Below the pieces are notes generated by a model. The model saw nothing but the letters and a program-made list of their open reading frames with translations. It did no database searches and had not been told where the DNA came from. The position numbers and the translations under genes were made by a program. Positions 61,690-64,000 of a stretch of 64,000 nt of DNA are shown here, piece by piece (position 1 is the first letter of the stretch; each line of letters begins with the position of its first letter). The stretch is from an uncultured Armatimonadetes bacterium (GTDB lineage: Bacteria; Armatimonadota; Hebobacteria; Hebobacterales; Hebobacteraceae): positions 1,355,450 through 1,419,449 of the forward strand of contig OY969415.1 of assembly GCA_963699135.1 (NCBI GenBank), read 5' to 3'.

Positions 61690-61717
61690 GGCAGGAGACA
61701 AGCTCCTGCCCTACGGG
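61690..61717 (-). repeat. REP element, 3' copy flanking the RAYT gene (inverted relative to 61148-61175)
   Basis: ggcaggagacaagctcctgccctacggg is the exact reverse complement of 61148-61175. Confidence 0.8.
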
Positions 61718-61786
61718 CCTATGCGCAGGCCGCCATCCCGGCCGCCGATGGTGGCCTAGGGACTCCTGCCCAACGGGCTCACCCCC

Positions 61787-62032
61787 CTACGGCTTGCACA
61801 CCTTGCACGCCGTGTACCCCTTCTTGACGGCGTCCTGCCGGGTGATTTCGGTCTTCTTGCTCTTCTTGATGGTCCGGCAGGTGGTGCGGTGGTACTTCTT
61901 TCCGCTCTTGGTGATGTAGACGATGTCTTTGACGGGCTTGGTGGTGGGGCGCGGCGGGGCGGAGTGGCCGAGTGACGCAAAGGCGAGCATCGCGAGCATC
62001 ACCAGGACCAGGGCCAGTACTAGTTGCTTCAC
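61787..62032 (-). CDS. Small secreted Lys/Cys-rich protein (signal peptide plus a KKYH..C..C..CKVCKP motif)
   Basis: 81 aa. The signal is MKQLVLALVLVMLAMLAFASLG. The mature part has 4 Cys and is Lys-rich. Confidence 0.45.
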   Translation of the reverse strand: MKQLVLALVLVMLAMLAFASLGHSAPPRPTTKPVKDIVYITKSGKKYHRTTCRTIKKSKKTEITRQDAVKKGYTACKVCKP

Positions 62033-62050
62033 AGCCCCCTCTTTCCGAGG

Positions 62051-63040
62051 CGATTAGGCCTCCACGAAGTGCCCGAACCCTCTCAGCTTCTGGTATCTCG
62101 CGGCAACCAGCTCGTCGACGGGCAGGGCCCGCAGGCGCGCGAGGTTGCGGGTGATGGCTTCCTTGAGCGTCTGGGCAGCGGCCGCGGAGTCTTTGTGGGC
62201 GCCGCCGAGGGGTTCGGGGACGATCTCGTCGACCGCGCCGAGCGAGAGGGTCTGCTTCGCCGAGAGCCGCAGGGCTTCGGCCGCCTCGGGGCCGCGGCTC
62301 GGCGTCGCGGCCGAAGGCGTTGAGGATGACCGCGCACGACTCCGGCGGGATGACGGAGTAGATGGCGTGCTCCAGCATCATCACGTGGTCGCCCGACGGC
62401 GAGCCCGATGGCGCCGCCGCTGCCGCCCTCGCCGATGATGGTGACGACGATCGGGGTGCGGAGCGCGGACATCAGCATCCATGTTCTCGGCGATGGCGTT
62501 GGCGATGCCCCGCTCTTCCGCCTCCAGGCGCGACTCGGCCGCGGGGGTGTCCACGAAGCTGATCACGGGACAGCCGCATCTTCTCCGCCAGCTTCATCAC
62601 GCGGGCCGCCTTGCGGTAGCCCTCGGGCCGGGCGCTGCCGAAGTTGCGGAACTGCCGCTCCTTCACGTCCCGGCCCTTCTGGTGGCCGACGACCGCCACC
62701 GCGCTGCCCATCCAGCGGAGGCCAGTCCGGCCACGATCGCGGGGTCGTCGCCGAAGCGCCGGTCGCCGTGCAGCTCGACGAAGTCGCTCGAACATGGCGC
62801 CGATGTAGTCCAGCGTGTAGGGCCGGTCCTGGTGACGGGCGAGCAGCACGTTATCCCATGGCGGTTAGCATCGTGAAGACCTCACGCGTGACCTGCTCCT
62901 GCCGTGCGCTTGAGCGTCGTTCGACCTGCGCCTCGAGCCGAGCCCGCCGCTCGTCGCTGATGCTCGGCGGCGGTCAGCAGGCGCTCCATTTTCTGGATGT
63001 CCGCGTCCACCTCGCGCAATTGCCGGTCGAAGTGGAAGCC
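62051..63040 (-). pseudogene. accA: Acetyl-CoA carboxylase carboxyltransferase alpha subunit (AccA) with at least 3 frameshifts
   Basis: The fragments carry these motifs. ..FHFDRQLREVDADIQKMERLL.. and ..[17 protein letters not shown].. are one set. ..[38 protein letters not shown].. is another. ..[27 protein letters not shown].. and ..SALRTPIVVTIIGEGGSGGA..MMLEHAIYSVIPPESCAVIL.. follow. The C-terminus is ..GFGHFVEA*. They lie in several frames. Confidence 0.65.
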
Positions 63041-63042
63041 AC

Positions 63043-63902
63043 CTACCCATCGGCTCGTCCCTCCTCGTCGGCCTGCCGCTCGCCGTCGAGCGAGAGGATG
63101 CGGAGCAGACGGACCAGCAGCGGGCGCAACTCCTCGCGGTTGACGACGGTGTCGATCATCCCGTGCTGGTGCTGGAACTCGGTGGTGTGACTGCCGGGCG
63201 GCAGCTTGATCTTGAAGGCTTTCTCGATCACCCGGGGGCCGGCGAACCCGACCAGCGCGTTCTGCTCGGCGATCGTCACGTCGCCCAGGGAGGCGAAGCT
63301 GGCGAAGACGCCGGCGGTGAGGGGATCGGTGGCGACGATGAGGAACGGGATGCCCGCCTGGTGCAGGCGGCCGACGACGGCCGCGGTCTTCGCCATCTGC
63401 AGCAGCGAGACGATGCCCTCCTGCATGCGGGCGCCGCCGGAGCAGGCGAAGGTCAGCAGGGGCACGCCCCGCGCGATGGCGCGCTCGGCGGCGCGAGCGA
63501 ACTTCTCGCCCATCACCGCGCCCATGCTGCCGCCCAGGAAGCGGAAGTCCATGACCGCCAGCACCACGGGGAGGCCGTCGAGGGCGCAGTCTCCGCAGAC
63601 CAGCGAGTCGGAGAGGCCGCTGCGGCCCTCGTCGTCGGACAGCTTCTCGGGGTAGCCGGGGAAGTGCAGCGGGTCGCTCGACCTCAGTCCGCGGTCATGC
63701 TCCTGGAAAGTGCCGCTGTCGGCGGTGATGGCGATCCGCTCCCGCGCTGCAGGCGGCGGTGGTGGCCGCAGTGGCGGCAGACGTACAGATCCTCCTCCAG
63801 CTCCCGCTGGTAGAGCATCTCGCCGCACTTCTGGCACTTGGCCCAGAGTCCGTCGGGCACGCCATTGGGGAGCGGCGATCTGTTAGCGCGCTGTTCGCTC
63901 AA
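63043..63902 (-). CDS. accD: Acetyl-CoA carboxylase carboxyltransferase beta subunit (AccD) with one frameshift near 63800
   Basis: ORF 63684-63902 carries the N-terminal zinc ribbon (CQKCGEMLY..CRHCGHH). ORF 63043-63837 carries the CT domain (..MDFRFLGGSMGAVMGEKF..FACSGGARMQEGIVSLLQMAKT..GFAGPRVIEKA..). Confidence 0.75.
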
Positions 63903-64000
63903 AGTGTGTCTCCTCGTTCCTGGTGCGTCCTGTCTGGTTCGACTGCTGCTTCTGGGAGGATCGGGGGACGGCGTTCCCGGCCGGCGCCCAGAGGTGAGAG

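Noticed and set aside
1-63902. Interpreting all frameshifted genes as true pseudogenes (genome decay)
   Set aside because: Essential genes (accA, accD) and core repair and replication genes are affected. The one break examined at the nucleotide level is a +1 C in a C-run. Sequencing or assembly error is the more economical explanation, though a minority could be real.

Overview
This is a high-GC (about 68%) bacterial chromosomal window. Many genes are broken by 1-bp indels, probably homopolymer sequencing errors. The polA break, for example, maps to one extra C in a CCC run near 9415. I therefore re-joined ORF fragments across frame changes wherever consecutive fragments carried consecutive motifs of one protein family. 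Contents in order: housekeeping genes (uvrB, coaE, rpsA, polA, sppA, tRNA-Leu(CAA)); an LptD-like/lipoprotein envelope pair; an IS481-family insertion sequence; a polysaccharide locus; a Family-1 encapsulin operon; a molybdate-binding/ThiF-type sulfur cluster with an SLH-type porin; a glycan-degradation block; infC-rpmI-rplT, ychF, a MerR regulator and accD/accA. The most unusual property is in the non-coding DNA. Nearly every larger intergenic gap is filled with modular, hairpin-forming REP/BIME-like repeats, several carrying a 5' GTAG tetranucleotide. A REP-associated tyrosine transposase (RAYT) gene is flanked by a perfectly inverted REP pair. The IS481-family element sits inside a REP hairpin, and an unoccupied copy of that hairpin exists elsewhere. 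The encapsulin operon itself is a known type, but its cargo protein carries a clear TVGSL targeting peptide. It also lies next to rhodanese, YkoF, ThiF and ModA genes, which is worth a second look. There are no CRISPR arrays and no rRNA genes.
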